Part shown: one piece after another, positions 1 through 9,931 of the stretch
How positions within the stretch are numbered: position 1 is the first letter of the stretch
Layout: every line of letters begins with the position of its first letter
NCBI GenBank assembly: GCA_043778225.1
Contig: JAYWGM010000048.1
Span: 25,238 to 89,237 of the forward strand
Length of the DNA stretch: 64,000 bases
Reading direction: 5' to 3'
Source: Deinococcales bacterium
GTDB taxonomy: Bacteria; Deinococcota; Deinococci; Deinococcales; JAAFIG01
Position numbers and translations under genes: made by a program
The notes under the pieces: model-generated
The model's input: only the letters and a program-made list of their open reading frames with translations
Database searches by the model: none
What the model was told of the DNA's origin: nothing

Positions 1-479
1 GCGAACAGGGCAGCGAACTTGCCTTATCCGAGACGTTAAGCAGCAGTTTTGCTGGACAGACCCAAACAATTAGCCGCACTTACTTACTCGAGCGACCGGG
101 GCAAGTGCCTTTACAATTTGAAGGTGGCAAAGACTCGGACAGCACTGTATTGACCTGCAACGCCGTGGCTTTTGGTCCTGGAGCGCGGGTTTCTTTTGCT
201 CGAGCTTCCGAAATTCAGGTGATTGAGTTTCTTGGTCCAAGCGTTAAGCGTTTTGTTTTAGCCAACGACCAAGCCTTCTCGAGTTTTGCGCTTGAAGCTA
301 AATTTAAGTTGGGCTTAAAGCTCGAGGATTACCGCCCACAAGCTGCACCAAGTCTCGAGGAAGCTGGAAAACGTGGACGGCTCGAGTTATCCCGAATCAA
401 ATCCGACCCTATTTTCCCAAGTCGGTTGGTGTTTACCACCACCAATGGCGGTGCGACTTGGACATTTCAAAAACGCTAA
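1..479 (+). CDS. Hypothetical protein, 5'-truncated by the window edge
   Basis: The frame of ORF 105..479 is open back to position 3; no family recognised. Confidence 0.6.
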   Translation, partial: EQGSELALSETLSSSFAGQTQTISRTYLLERPGQVPLQFEGGKDSDSTVLTCNAVAFGPGARVSFARASEIQVIEFLGPSVKRFVLANDQAFSSFALEAKFKLGLKLEDYRPQAAPSLEEAGKRGRLELSRIKSDPIFPSRLVFTTTNGGATWTFQKR

Positions 480-564
480 GCAGTTCGCGTCAGACACCTT
501 AGCCAGATTTGTTACGGTACTGTAACGCCTTTGGCTGTAAAATGACTTGGTAAAGGAGTAAACC

Positions 565-2319
565 ATGAAAAAAAGTTGGGGAGCATTACTTTTGGTTGGA
601 GCGTTACTAAGTTTTCTCGAGGCAAAGGCGCAAAATGCCTATCCGCCAAGTGGATTTATAAAAGTTGGCAGCCAAGTTTCGCTCGAGTTGCGCCAGACGT
701 GGAGCAGCACAGTTTCGGGCAAGGATGCCGATGGTGATTGGACTGGTGATGTTCGTGGCACAAATGGCACAGTGGGTAAATTATTTGCTTTTTCGCAGAA
801 CAACAATGGCTTTGCTTTTCAGGTGGCGTATGCTGGCGCAAGCGAGTTTTGTATTTTGGCTGGTGCAAATGCGGTTGCAAGCTCGAGTGGCTCAAGTACC
901 ACTTATGTTGGAACACGTTTTTATAAACAAGGTACGGGTAGCACCAGCAACGATAACGCGCAATGCCGTGTGACCGTTAGCAATGGTGGTGGCACAGTCA
1001 CGCAACCCGTGCAACCCACACAGCCTATCCAGCCCCCAACGCTACCCAGCCCACAGGCGCAAATTCCAGCCCTGACTTTTCCGCCACGTCTCGAGGTCGG
1101 GCAACGTTGGGAATTTAGGCTCGGCAACCGCCCGGTGATTTATCGCGGTGCTTTAACTGCCCTAGATTCAGCCCGAAATGTCTACACGGGGTCGCTGCTG
1201 ACCGAAAATGCCCCAAATAGTGGTTTTGCTGGAGATACCATCAGAGAGCGTAAACTCGAGATGTTCTTTGCCCAAGATACCTTGGCGGCTTATGCCACCG
1301 ACCCACAAGGCGGCGTGACCGTTTGTAGTTTTGCTGGGGCTGGGACTTTGCAAAATAACGTTTTAACTGGAGCAGTTTTTTACCGTGCGCCGGGTGCAAG
1401 CCAATTTAGCACCTTGACGGCTATCACCGATGCACCTTGTAAAATCAATCTCGAGCCAGTTGCCCAAGCCAATCAGCCCGTCTCCCCTATTCAGCCAATA
1501 CAACCTACTCCGACTTTATCTGCCACCGTGCCAGCCCAAGTTGGCGATACATGGCGGGTTGCTGCTACTGGCTATGAACCTTGGATTCTCAGTTTCACAA
1601 GTTTAGACAAAGGTGATGCCGCCGGAACTGCCACACAAGGCACGGCTCGAGGTGAGACCTTGGGTATAAAACTTAGCAATGGCGGCTACAGTTTTCTGAT
1701 TGGAATTACAAACCGAATTTTTGCTTGTACACTTGCTCCTAACGCAACCGCCCAAGGCGCAACCCTAAATGGTTCGTTGTTTGAAATTGTGACCGTCGGC
1801 AATCAAAACCAAACTAAGGACTTAAATGCTTCTTGTGGTGCAACCCTCACGGCTCGAGGGGCAACAGTTGTGACCCAACCAGTTCAAACATTAAGTGCTA
1901 ATTTCCCACCAAGAGTGGGTCAGACTTGGACAATCACCATAGATGGGTTTGCCCCGTGGGTAATTTTGTTTAAGGATATAGACAAAGACGGCGACCCAAG
2001 CGGCACTGGTTTACAAAATGGAATCGCCCGACAAGGCGTGGCTTTTCTTAACCAAGGTTCAAAAGTATTCTTGATGGCTGGCGATAATAACTTGCTGTAC
2101 TACTGTATTTTTGCCGCCAATGTACAAGCAAATGGAGCTACCTTTTCGGGTGGTGTGGCATCACAAGCTGCCCAAGGCGCACAAAGCCTTACACCACTCA
2201 ATAAGTCTTGTACGGCAACCTTGACGGCACAACAACTCTTAAAGGCTGCCTCGGCTTCAATCGAAACTCGAGCTTCTTATACATTTCCAAACATTCTGCG
2301 ACTGTTGCCGTTATTTTAA
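565..2319 (+). CDS. Secreted protein with four tandem ~110-125 aa beta-rich repeats joined by Q/P linkers
   Basis: SD AAGGAG; signal peptide MKKSWGALLLVGALLSFLEAKA; repeats start (F)PPxxxVGQ/DxW and each has two Cys. Confidence 0.8.
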   Translation: MKKSWGALLLVGALLSFLEAKAQNAYPPSGFIKVGSQVSLELRQTWSSTVSGKDADGDWTGDVRGTNGTVGKLFAFSQNNNGFAFQVAYAGASEFCILAGANAVASSSGSSTTYVGTRFYKQGTGSTSNDNAQCRVTVSNGGGTVTQPVQPTQPIQPPTLPSPQAQIPALTFPPRLEVGQRWEFRLGNRPVIYRGALTALDSARNVYTGSLLTENAPNSGFAGDTIRERKLEMFFAQDTLAAYATDPQGGVTVCSFAGAGTLQNNVLTGAVFYRAPGASQFSTLTAITDAPCKINLEPVAQANQPVSPIQPIQPTPTLSATVPAQVGDTWRVAATGYEPWILSFTSLDKGDAAGTATQGTARGETLGIKLSNGGYSFLIGITNRIFACTLAPNATAQGATLNGSLFEIVTVGNQNQTKDLNASCGATLTARGATVVTQPVQTLSANFPPRVGQTWTITIDGFAPWVILFKDIDKDGDPSGTGLQNGIARQGVAFLNQGSKVFLMAGDNNLLYYCIFAANVQANGATFSGGVASQAAQGAQSLTPLNKSCTATLTAQQLLKAASASIETRASYTFPNILRLLPLF

Positions 2320-2320
2320 T

Positions 2321-2350
2321 TTGCGAGTTTGCCGCCTTTTGCGGTACAAT
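2321..2350 (+). promoter_or_regulatory. Putative sigma70 promoter of efp
   Basis: TTGCGA-18 nt-TACAAT upstream of efp. Confidence 0.45.
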
Positions 2351-2436
2351 ATGCCGTTTTGAATTCTCGAGCGCCCAAAGACTGGGCGCTCGTTTGCCAC
2401 CCAAGCGTCTAAAAAGCGTTTGCAACAAGGAGATTT

Positions 2437-3000
2437 ATGATTAGCGTAACCGAATTAAGAAGCAACACCAAAGTCGAAATGGAAAATGGTTTATGGGAAA
2501 CCATAGACTATATGCACCAAAAAATTGGTCGCGGCGGCGCAAAAGTCGTGGCAAAGTTTCGTAACTTAGAAACTGGCAGCATTGTAGACCGCACTTTTAG
2601 CGCCACCGAAAAATTGCAAGATATTTTTATCGAAGGGCGCACAATGCAGTTTTTATATAAAGACAGCGAAGACTTTGTTTTTATGGACATGGAAACCTTT
2701 GACCAACAAACCCTTCCGATGATTCTGGCTGGCGATTCGGCACGGTTCTTAAAAGAAAATACCGAAGTTGAAGTCCAGTTTTTCCGTGAAAAGCCATTAA
2801 AAATTAGCTTACCCAACATGGTGGTCTTAAAAATCATCGAAGCTGCCCCAGGCTTAAAAGGCGATACCGCTTCGGGTGGTGGCACAAAAGCCGCCAAACT
2901 CGAGACTGGCACAACCATTCAAGTGCCACTTTTTATTGAACAAGAAGAGTCGGTCAAAGTGGATACCCGCACTGGCGAATACCTTGGACGCTCGAATTAA
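2437..3000 (+). CDS. efp: Translation elongation factor P
   Basis: KIGRGGA loop, KAAKLETG..VPLFI..KVDTRTGEY motifs; SD AAGGAG. Confidence 0.97.
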   Translation: MISVTELRSNTKVEMENGLWETIDYMHQKIGRGGAKVVAKFRNLETGSIVDRTFSATEKLQDIFIEGRTMQFLYKDSEDFVFMDMETFDQQTLPMILAGDSARFLKENTEVEVQFFREKPLKISLPNMVVLKIIEAAPGLKGDTASGGGTKAAKLETGTTIQVPLFIEQEESVKVDTRTGEYLGRSN

Positions 3001-3004
3001 AAGC

Positions 3005-3088
3005 AAGGTAAAAAGGAGAAAGGGTCAAAAGGTTAAATATCTTAGCGAACACTCCATTTAACTTTTTCCCTTTTGACCTTTTTACCTA
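3005..3088. repeat. Inverted pair of degenerate octamer (GGTYAAAA) arrays between convergent efp and ppc; likely bidirectional terminator
   Basis: aaggtaaaaaggagaaagggtcaaaaggttaaat ... atttaactttttcccttttgacctttttacct. Confidence 0.7.
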
Positions 3089-3094
3089 AGTTCT

Positions 3095-5656
3095 TTACCC
3101 CGTGTTGCGTAATCCTGCCGCAATGCCTTGGATGCTCAACAGCAAGGCTCGCTCGAGGGTGGCGCGTTCGGCATTCTCGGTGGGTGTAGAGCGATAACGG
3201 CGCAACAATTCGACTTGGACAATATGAATCGGGTCGACATAAGGGTTGCGGACTTCGATACTGCGCCGCAAGCGTGGTTCGGACTCGAGTAAATCTCCAC
3301 CGATGGCGGCTTTGACGTGCTGCACGGCTCGAGCGTATTCCTCGAGAACCGCGTCCCGCAGTTGCGGTTGCTCGGAAAGTGCAGCATAGCGCTTAAAAAT
3401 ACTCATGTCGGACTTGGCAAGGCTCATCTGGGCGTTATCGAGCAAACTGCGAAAAAATGCCCAATCGCGGTAGAGTTTGGCGCTTAAACCCGCTTGTTGT
3501 TGCTCGAGTGCCGCTAAACCAGCCCCAAGCCCATACCACCCGGGAACAGTCGCACGGTTTTGTGTCCAACTCATGACCCACGGGATGGCTCGCAAATTAT
3601 CCAAAGTCGGTTTACCGGGGCGACGCACTGGGCGGCTGGCAATCCGTAGGCTGGCAATTTCGTTGATTGGCGTAACCGCTTCAAAAAACTCGAGGAAGTT
3701 TGAGTCAAAAACCAAGGCTTGATAGGCTTGGCTCGAGGCAGCCGCCGCCAGATTCAAGGCTTCGCGCCATTGCAGTGGCACAATCTGAGGTTCTTGAGCA
3801 GCAGCTACAATCATCGCGTACAGCAGTTGCTCGAGGTTACGTTTTGCCAATTCTGGACTGGCATAACGGTCGGCAAGGGCTTCGCCTTGTTCGGTCAGGC
3901 GCAAACCCGCACCAATTGTGCCGGGTGGTTGCGCCATGATGCCTCGAGCCGCCGGACCGCCACCACGCCCAATACTTGTACCGCGCCCATGAAAGAAACG
4001 ATACGGCACAGCCAGCGCCGCAAAAAGTTCAGCTAATTTTTCTTGGGCTTGGTAAAGCGCCCAGTTGGCAGCCAAGAAACCCGCTTCTTTGTTGCTGTCC
4101 GAGTAGCCAAGCATCACTTCTTGGACTCGAGAACCCAAGTGAGCGCGGTAAATCGGGCTTTGCAAAAGCGCTTGCATCACACTTGGGCAGTTCTCGAGGT
4201 CGTGTGGTGTTTCAAAAAGCGGTGAGACATCCAGCGCCAAAAAACCAGCCTCGCGCCCAAGAATCAGCGCTTCAAGGACATCCGAAGCACTTTCGCCATG
4301 CGAAATCACATAGCGCCCAAAAGCATGGGGGTTGGTCTCGAGGTGCGCCCGCATGACCCGCAATGGCTCGAGGACGGCTGTAAGCTCCTCTGAACTAGCC
4401 ATACCTATCGGCAACAATGGTCGTCGGGTCTCGAGTTCGCTTTCAAGCAATGCCATACGTTCTGGCTCGGACAGAGCTGCATAGCTTTGGCTAACTCCGC
4501 CTAAGGCAAGTAGCTCGGCGACTGCACTTTCGATTTTACCCGAGAATTCACGAATATCGAGCGCCACCAAATGCGTCCCGAACATTTTTGCCCGCACTAA
4601 GACTGGCTCGACAAAAACCCGAGCCGCCCGTTCTTGTCCAGCTGCCACCAAAGAATCGCGCACTTGCTCGAGGATTGGGACAGCCTCGACTGATTCGGTG
4701 CGTAAGCGCAAATGCAGCGCTTCGAGTTCGGCTCGCCATGGCTCTGGGGCAGTCGAATCTAAATGAACATGAACCCGTTCGCGGTGCTGCGAAAGCACCG
4801 TAAAAAGCTGATTGATTTCTAAGCGCAAGGTTTCTCGAGCTTGGGTCTGGTGATAGCGCAGGGTTTCGGCAGTCACTTCTGGGGTCACAAACGGGTTTCC
4901 ATCGCGGTCGCCGCCAATCCACGAATAAAACTTGAGCGGCAGATTGACCTCGGGCGTACCCGCCCCAAATTCTTGCTGCATGGCGTTTTGTAAATCAACC
5001 TGTAAACTGGGCAGGGCTGCCGAAATTGAAGTTAAATAATGCAGACCATTGACCACTTCGTCGTGAACTGTTGGGTTGCGAGCTTGAAGCTCGAGTGTTC
5101 CCCACAGCACTTCAATTCGAGCCGTGACCCGCTCGATCGCTTCGGAGCGCTCAGACTCAGACTCGAGTAAGTTCAGTTCTTCGGAAATATGCTCGAGGTG
5201 CGCCCGAACAGTGCGGCGGCGCAATTCGGTCGGATGCGCCGTAAAAGTGCTACCCAACTCGACTTGGCGCAGTAAATCGGCAACTTTTTGCGCCGAAAAC
5301 CCCTGTTTTTTAAGCTGAAAAATCGCATCATGCAGGCTTTGTTTGCGTGGCTCGAGAACCGAGGCTCGGGTGTCACGCCAACGCACCCGATGGCGCTCTT
5401 CGGCAAGATTGACCAAATGAAAATACTGGGTAAAAGCCCGAATCAGGGCTTCGGCATCGGCAATGCCCAACTTAGCAGCAATCGTCTCGAGTTGCTGCGG
5501 TGCGCTCTGGTCGCCGCCTCGAGCGCGTTTGGTCAGTTCGCGCACTTCTTCTTCGAGGTCAAAAAATTCTTGACCTTCTTGCTCGATGAGAACCGCACCA
5601 AGGCAGCGCCCAAGTAAATCCACATCTTTAGACAGCGCATCTCGAGTAAAATTCAT
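3095..5656 (-). CDS. ppc: Phosphoenolpyruvate carboxylase
   Basis: FTAHPTE, SWIGGDRDGNP, QEVMLGYSDSNKE, FHGRGTSIGRGG, LRAIPW and C-terminal GLRNTG motifs. Confidence 0.97.
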   Translation of the reverse strand: MNFTRDALSKDVDLLGRCLGAVLIEQEGQEFFDLEEEVRELTKRARGGDQSAPQQLETIAAKLGIADAEALIRAFTQYFHLVNLAEERHRVRWRDTRASVLEPRKQSLHDAIFQLKKQGFSAQKVADLLRQVELGSTFTAHPTELRRRTVRAHLEHISEELNLLESESERSEAIERVTARIEVLWGTLELQARNPTVHDEVVNGLHYLTSISAALPSLQVDLQNAMQQEFGAGTPEVNLPLKFYSWIGGDRDGNPFVTPEVTAETLRYHQTQARETLRLEINQLFTVLSQHRERVHVHLDSTAPEPWRAELEALHLRLRTESVEAVPILEQVRDSLVAAGQERAARVFVEPVLVRAKMFGTHLVALDIREFSGKIESAVAELLALGGVSQSYAALSEPERMALLESELETRRPLLPIGMASSEELTAVLEPLRVMRAHLETNPHAFGRYVISHGESASDVLEALILGREAGFLALDVSPLFETPHDLENCPSVMQALLQSPIYRAHLGSRVQEVMLGYSDSNKEAGFLAANWALYQAQEKLAELFAALAVPYRFFHGRGTSIGRGGGPAARGIMAQPPGTIGAGLRLTEQGEALADRYASPELAKRNLEQLLYAMIVAAAQEPQIVPLQWREALNLAAAASSQAYQALVFDSNFLEFFEAVTPINEIASLRIASRPVRRPGKPTLDNLRAIPWVMSWTQNRATVPGWYGLGAGLAALEQQQAGLSAKLYRDWAFFRSLLDNAQMSLAKSDMSIFKRYAALSEQPQLRDAVLEEYARAVQHVKAAIGGDLLESEPRLRRSIEVRNPYVDPIHIVQVELLRRYRSTPTENAERATLERALLLSIQGIAAGLRNTG

Positions 5657-6444
5657 AGGCGCACCTCACCTTCATACGTTCCTAGTTCGTTGGTCTCGAG
5701 GAACGTATAGCGCACACCTCGAGTCACTTTGCCAGCAATCAAATCAAAGGCAAGCGCCGACATCTGAACCGCGCCCTGGGCAACTTCGGCTTTCATCGGT
5801 AAACCAGTGCGGAGTTTATAGATACTGGCTTCTAAACCCATACCGATGCTCGAGTTCAAAACACCCGTCATACCAACATCGCTCTGAAACAGTGTGCCAT
5901 TGGGCAAAATACGGGTGTCAGCCGTCGCTACATGGGTATGCGTGCCGATACAAGCAGCAATCTGACCATCAAAATAGGAGGCAAAACAGATTTTTTCCGA
6001 AGTGGCTTCGGCATGAAAATCCACAAAGATTGGCGAATCCACATTCTCGAGGACTGACTCGAGGGCATCATAAGGGTTATCGTTGGGCTGCATAAAAACC
6101 CGCCCCAAGAGATTGACAACCGTAATTTTTTCGTCTCCGACCACAAATGTACCGTAGCCACGTCCGGGGGCTTCTTTGACCGCATTGAGCGGACGAATCA
6201 AACGCGGGTCGTTGGTCAGTTGCAGCACTTCTTTGTTGTCCCACGCATGGTTGCCAAGCGTGATGCAATGCACCCCAGCTTTACAGAGTGCATCGAATGA
6301 ATCTTTATTGATTCCATGTCCACCAGCCGCATTTTCACCGTTGGCAATAATAAAATCAAAATTGGATTTAATTCGCGGCAAATGGCTCGAGATTAAATTT
6401 CGCCCGGGTTTACCAAAGACATCGCCAATAAAAAGCACTCGCAC
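5653..6444 (-). CDS. ymdB: YmdB/TIGR00282-family metallophosphoesterase
   Basis: LFIGDVFG, NGENAAGG, TLGNHAW, DFHAEATSEK, GTHTHV, DVGMTG motifs. Confidence 0.92.
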   Translation of the reverse strand: MRVLFIGDVFGKPGRNLISSHLPRIKSNFDFIIANGENAAGGHGINKDSFDALCKAGVHCITLGNHAWDNKEVLQLTNDPRLIRPLNAVKEAPGRGYGTFVVGDEKITVVNLLGRVFMQPNDNPYDALESVLENVDSPIFVDFHAEATSEKICFASYFDGQIAACIGTHTHVATADTRILPNGTLFQSDVGMTGVLNSSIGMGLEASIYKLRTGLPMKAEVAQGAVQMSALAFDLIAGKVTRGVRYTFLETNELGTYEGEVRL

Positions 6445-6532
6445 GTGGTTAGGCTAACAGGAATTGGCGCGAAAATGTGCGAACAAGCGTTCAGTTGCTC
6501 GGTTTACAAGATTTATCAAGTATACTCAAAGC

Positions 6533-7429
6533 GTGAAACGACTGGCAGTATTGTTGGCAATCCTTAGCTCGAGCTTTTTGATGGTTCAAGCCACAACCCT
6601 TTCAGTGGTCATGACCGACTTTACTGGCGAACGAATTGAAATTTCCAGCACTGCCAGAATCGTGACGCTTGGCAGCAGTCTGACCGAAATAGTCTATGCC
6701 TTAAATGCCCAGCAGCGCTTAGTGGCGGTCGATGCCACCAGCAATTTTCCACTCGAGACCAAAAACTTAATGCAGTTGCCATCTGCTCGAAGCGCCACGC
6801 TCGAGGGCGTACTCAATGCCAAACCGAGCTTGGTCTTAACGCTCGATACCGCCCTGCCCGAAACGATACAAGGTTTACGAAAATTTAACATTCCAACCGT
6901 GGTCATCAGCGCCAAAGAGAACCTTGAAAACAGCCAAAATAAAATTCGTTTTGTGGCTCAAGCCCTGTCACTCGAGACTCGAGGACTGGAACTAATTCGC
7001 AATTATCAAAAAGACCTTGCCTTGGCAAAAAGCCTCTACTCGAGCATCCGAAACCGCCCTAAAGTGATGTTTTTATATAGTGGCTCTGGCGGCAAAATCA
7101 CGGTTTCTGGGCGCGATACCGCCGCCGATGCGGTGATTAAATTGGCGGGTGGCACAAATCCGTTCCAGAGCTACACGGGTTATGCACCACTCTCGCAGGA
7201 AGCCACAATTCTTGCCAATCCAGACATCATTTTGATGACCAGCCTTGGGTACAGTGGGGCTGGAGAAACCCAAGGTTTACTGCGCCTACCGGGGCTTGCC
7301 AACACCAAAGCTGGACGAAATAAAAACTTTTTGCACTTTGAAGGCAATTATTTACTTGGCTTTGGTCCACGCATTGGGCAAGCGGTGCTAGAACTGATGT
7401 ATGCGATTCACCCAGAACTTAAAAAATAG
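6533..7429 (+). CDS. Periplasmic substrate-binding protein, heme/siderophore/B12 class (HmuT-like)
   Basis: Signal peptide; RIVTLGSSLTEIVYAL, LVAVDATS, NPDIIL, LLGFGPR motifs; GTG 6 nt after TATACT. Confidence 0.85.
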   Translation: MKRLAVLLAILSSSFLMVQATTLSVVMTDFTGERIEISSTARIVTLGSSLTEIVYALNAQQRLVAVDATSNFPLETKNLMQLPSARSATLEGVLNAKPSLVLTLDTALPETIQGLRKFNIPTVVISAKENLENSQNKIRFVAQALSLETRGLELIRNYQKDLALAKSLYSSIRNRPKVMFLYSGSGGKITVSGRDTAADAVIKLAGGTNPFQSYTGYAPLSQEATILANPDIILMTSLGYSGAGETQGLLRLPGLANTKAGRNKNFLHFEGNYLLGFGPRIGQAVLELMYAIHPELKK

Positions 7430-7478
7430 GTTCTCGAGTAGAAAATGAATTTAGCAAATCCTAAACAAATTAAAATAA

Positions 7479-7510
7479 AAAGCCCTACGCAAAACGCGCA
7501 GGGCTTCTCA
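7479..7510. terminator. Hairpin terminator between the convergent binding-protein gene and ilvD
   Basis: aagccctacgc-aaaac-gcgcagggctt stem flanked by A/T tracts. Confidence 0.6.
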
Positions 7511-7544
7511 AAACTATTTTTTTAACCCTCGAGTGCGTTACGAT

Positions 7545-9203
7545 TTAATCCTCGAGAATTGCACCGTACCTGGCACTCGAAACCTGCTTGGCATATCGTG
7601 CAAATAGCCCAGTCTTGAACTCGAGTTCTGGCGCAACCCAACTTTTGGCTCGAGCCGCCAAGGTTGCTTCGTCTACCCGCACCTCCAGTAAACCTGTATC
7701 GCAATTGATATGGATAATATCGCCTTCATGCACATGGGCAATCGTGCCGCCAACTTGGGCTTCTGGCGACACATGACCAATCATCAAGCCTTTTGTACCG
7801 CCACTAAAACGCCCGTCTGTGACCAGCGCCACAAATTCACCAATGCCTTCGCCAACAATCGCACTGGTCACACTTAACATCTCGGGCATTCCCGGTGCGC
7901 CTTTTGGTCCGACGTAGCGAATAACCACCACATCGCCATGGTTAATTTGTTTATGCAGCACAGCTTTCATGGCGGCTTGTTCGGTATCAAAAACCCGAGC
8001 CGGACCAGTGTGTTCGTGGCGCTCCGTGCCAGCCAGTTTTAAGACCGCGCCGTCGGTGGCAAGGTTGCCGTGCAGCACCAGCAAACCGCCTGTAGGCTTA
8101 AAGGCATTTTCTCGAGTCACCACGACTTGCTGACCGGGCGTTTCGGTCACACCCTCGACTTCTTGTGTCAAAGTTTTACCCGTAATCGTCTGTTGGTTGC
8201 CATCAATCATGCCGCCGTCTATTAAATTCTTAATAATCAGCGGAATCCCGCCAGCCTCCCAGAGTTCCCACGCGGTGTAGACACCCCAAGGGCGCATATT
8301 GGCAATTACGGGGGTGCGCCTCGAGACATCATCAAAATCTTGTAACTCGAGGTGAATATCTGCTTCTCGAGCAATTGCCATTAAGTGCAGTACGGCATTG
8401 GTGCTGCCGCCTGTAGCCGAAACGGCGGCAATGGCGTTTAAGAAACTCTGGCGGGTCAAAAAATCCTTGGGTTTACGGTTGTGCTTAATCGCGTCCATCA
8501 AGACATGACCCGCTTTTCGGGTGGCTTCTTTTTTCTCTGGCGCGGTGGCGGGAATACTGTTGTAGCCGACGGGCGATAAGCCCAGCACCTCGAGCGCCAT
8601 GCTCATGGTGTTGGCGGTGTACTGCCCACCACACGCCCCAGCCCCCGGAATGGCGACCCGTTCAACCGCATCGAGTTCGGCATCGGTAATTTTACCAGCC
8701 GCGTGCTGTCCGACGGCTTCAAAGACACTGACCACAGTTAGGTTTTTATCGCCCAAGCGCCCCGGCGCGATGCTCCCACCGTACAAGACAAGCCCCGGGA
8801 CATTAGCGCGAATAAGTCCCATCGCACCGCCCGGATTGGTTTTATCGCACGCCACCAGTGCCACCATCGCGTCGTACATATAGCCTTGGGCGACAATCTC
8901 GACACAATCAGCAATTAACTCCCTCGAGACCAGACTGGCTCGCATTCCCGGTGTTCCCATGCTGATACCATCCGAAATAGCGGGCGCACCAAATTCAAAC
9001 GGATGAATTCCAGCTTCTTTACAGCCAATTTTGAGGTCTTCGGCTAAATCGCGTAAATGGAAATTACATGGCATTCCTTCTGTCCACGTGTTGATAATCC
9101 CGACCCACGGAATCTTAAATTCGGCATCGCCAATACCAATGGCACGGAGCATGGCTCGAGCGGGGGCTTGTTGTGGTCCTTGTTTGATGGTGTCGCTTTT
9201 CAC
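7545..9203 (-). CDS. ilvD: Dihydroxy-acid dehydratase
   Basis: [51 protein letters not shown] motifs. Confidence 0.97.
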   Translation of the reverse strand: MKSDTIKQGPQQAPARAMLRAIGIGDAEFKIPWVGIINTWTEGMPCNFHLRDLAEDLKIGCKEAGIHPFEFGAPAISDGISMGTPGMRASLVSRELIADCVEIVAQGYMYDAMVALVACDKTNPGGAMGLIRANVPGLVLYGGSIAPGRLGDKNLTVVSVFEAVGQHAAGKITDAELDAVERVAIPGAGACGGQYTANTMSMALEVLGLSPVGYNSIPATAPEKKEATRKAGHVLMDAIKHNRKPKDFLTRQSFLNAIAAVSATGGSTNAVLHLMAIAREADIHLELQDFDDVSRRTPVIANMRPWGVYTAWELWEAGGIPLIIKNLIDGGMIDGNQQTITGKTLTQEVEGVTETPGQQVVVTRENAFKPTGGLLVLHGNLATDGAVLKLAGTERHEHTGPARVFDTEQAAMKAVLHKQINHGDVVVIRYVGPKGAPGMPEMLSVTSAIVGEGIGEFVALVTDGRFSGGTKGLMIGHVSPEAQVGGTIAHVHEGDIIHINCDTGLLEVRVDEATLAARAKSWVAPELEFKTGLFARYAKQVSSARYGAILED

Positions 9204-9234
9204 GCTGGGTATTCTAACAGGCTAGACTAGGCTG

Positions 9235-9909
9235 GTGAATATCCAGCGCCTGACCCTCGAGACGAATAACTTAGAAACCATGAAAGATTTTTACAGTCGT
9301 ATTCTCGAGTTACCCACAAGGCTCGAGAATGGTATTTTATACATTCAGATTGGCAGTAGCGAACTGGTCTTTCTCGAGAACCCACAAACAAAGGCTCGAT
9401 ACCATTTTGCTTTCAACATCCCCGAACAGCAAATAGACCAAGGTATTCAATGGCTCGAAGCTCGAGTACCACTTATTCTCGAGAATGGCACTAAAAAAGT
9501 GGATTTCCCAAATTGGAACGCCTACGCGGTTTACTTCGCTGACCCTGCTGGGAATATCCTCGAATTGATAGCTCGACGCGAATTGACCCATTCAGAAATA
9601 ATCCCCTTTGATTCGAGTGGTTTATTGAATATTTCAGAAATTGGTATTTCAGTACCAGATGCAACAGTTTTTGCAAATTGGACAGAAGAAATTTTAGGCA
9701 TAACCAGATACCGCACTGGCTCGAGTAGCTTTACATCAATCGGAGATGCAAATGGGTTAATCATTGCGGTTTCTATTGGGCGCGAATGGCATCCGAATAC
9801 AGGAATTCTTGCCGAACCGTTTTACACAAAAATCGAATTTGTGGGCGAAGAAAGCCCCATCTCTGGGGTTCAGTATTTGGATTTACCGTACTTCTTCTCG
9901 AGGGTCTGA
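9235..9909 (+). CDS. VOC/glyoxalase-family protein
   Basis: DFYSRILEL, YHFAFNIP, YFADPAGNILELIAR, ISEIG motifs. Confidence 0.85.
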   Translation: MNIQRLTLETNNLETMKDFYSRILELPTRLENGILYIQIGSSELVFLENPQTKARYHFAFNIPEQQIDQGIQWLEARVPLILENGTKKVDFPNWNAYAVYFADPAGNILELIARRELTHSEIIPFDSSGLLNISEIGISVPDATVFANWTEEILGITRYRTGSSSFTSIGDANGLIIAVSIGREWHPNTGILAEPFYTKIEFVGEESPISGVQYLDLPYFFSRV

Positions 9910-9931
9910 CAAAAGCGTGTACAATGCCAGA

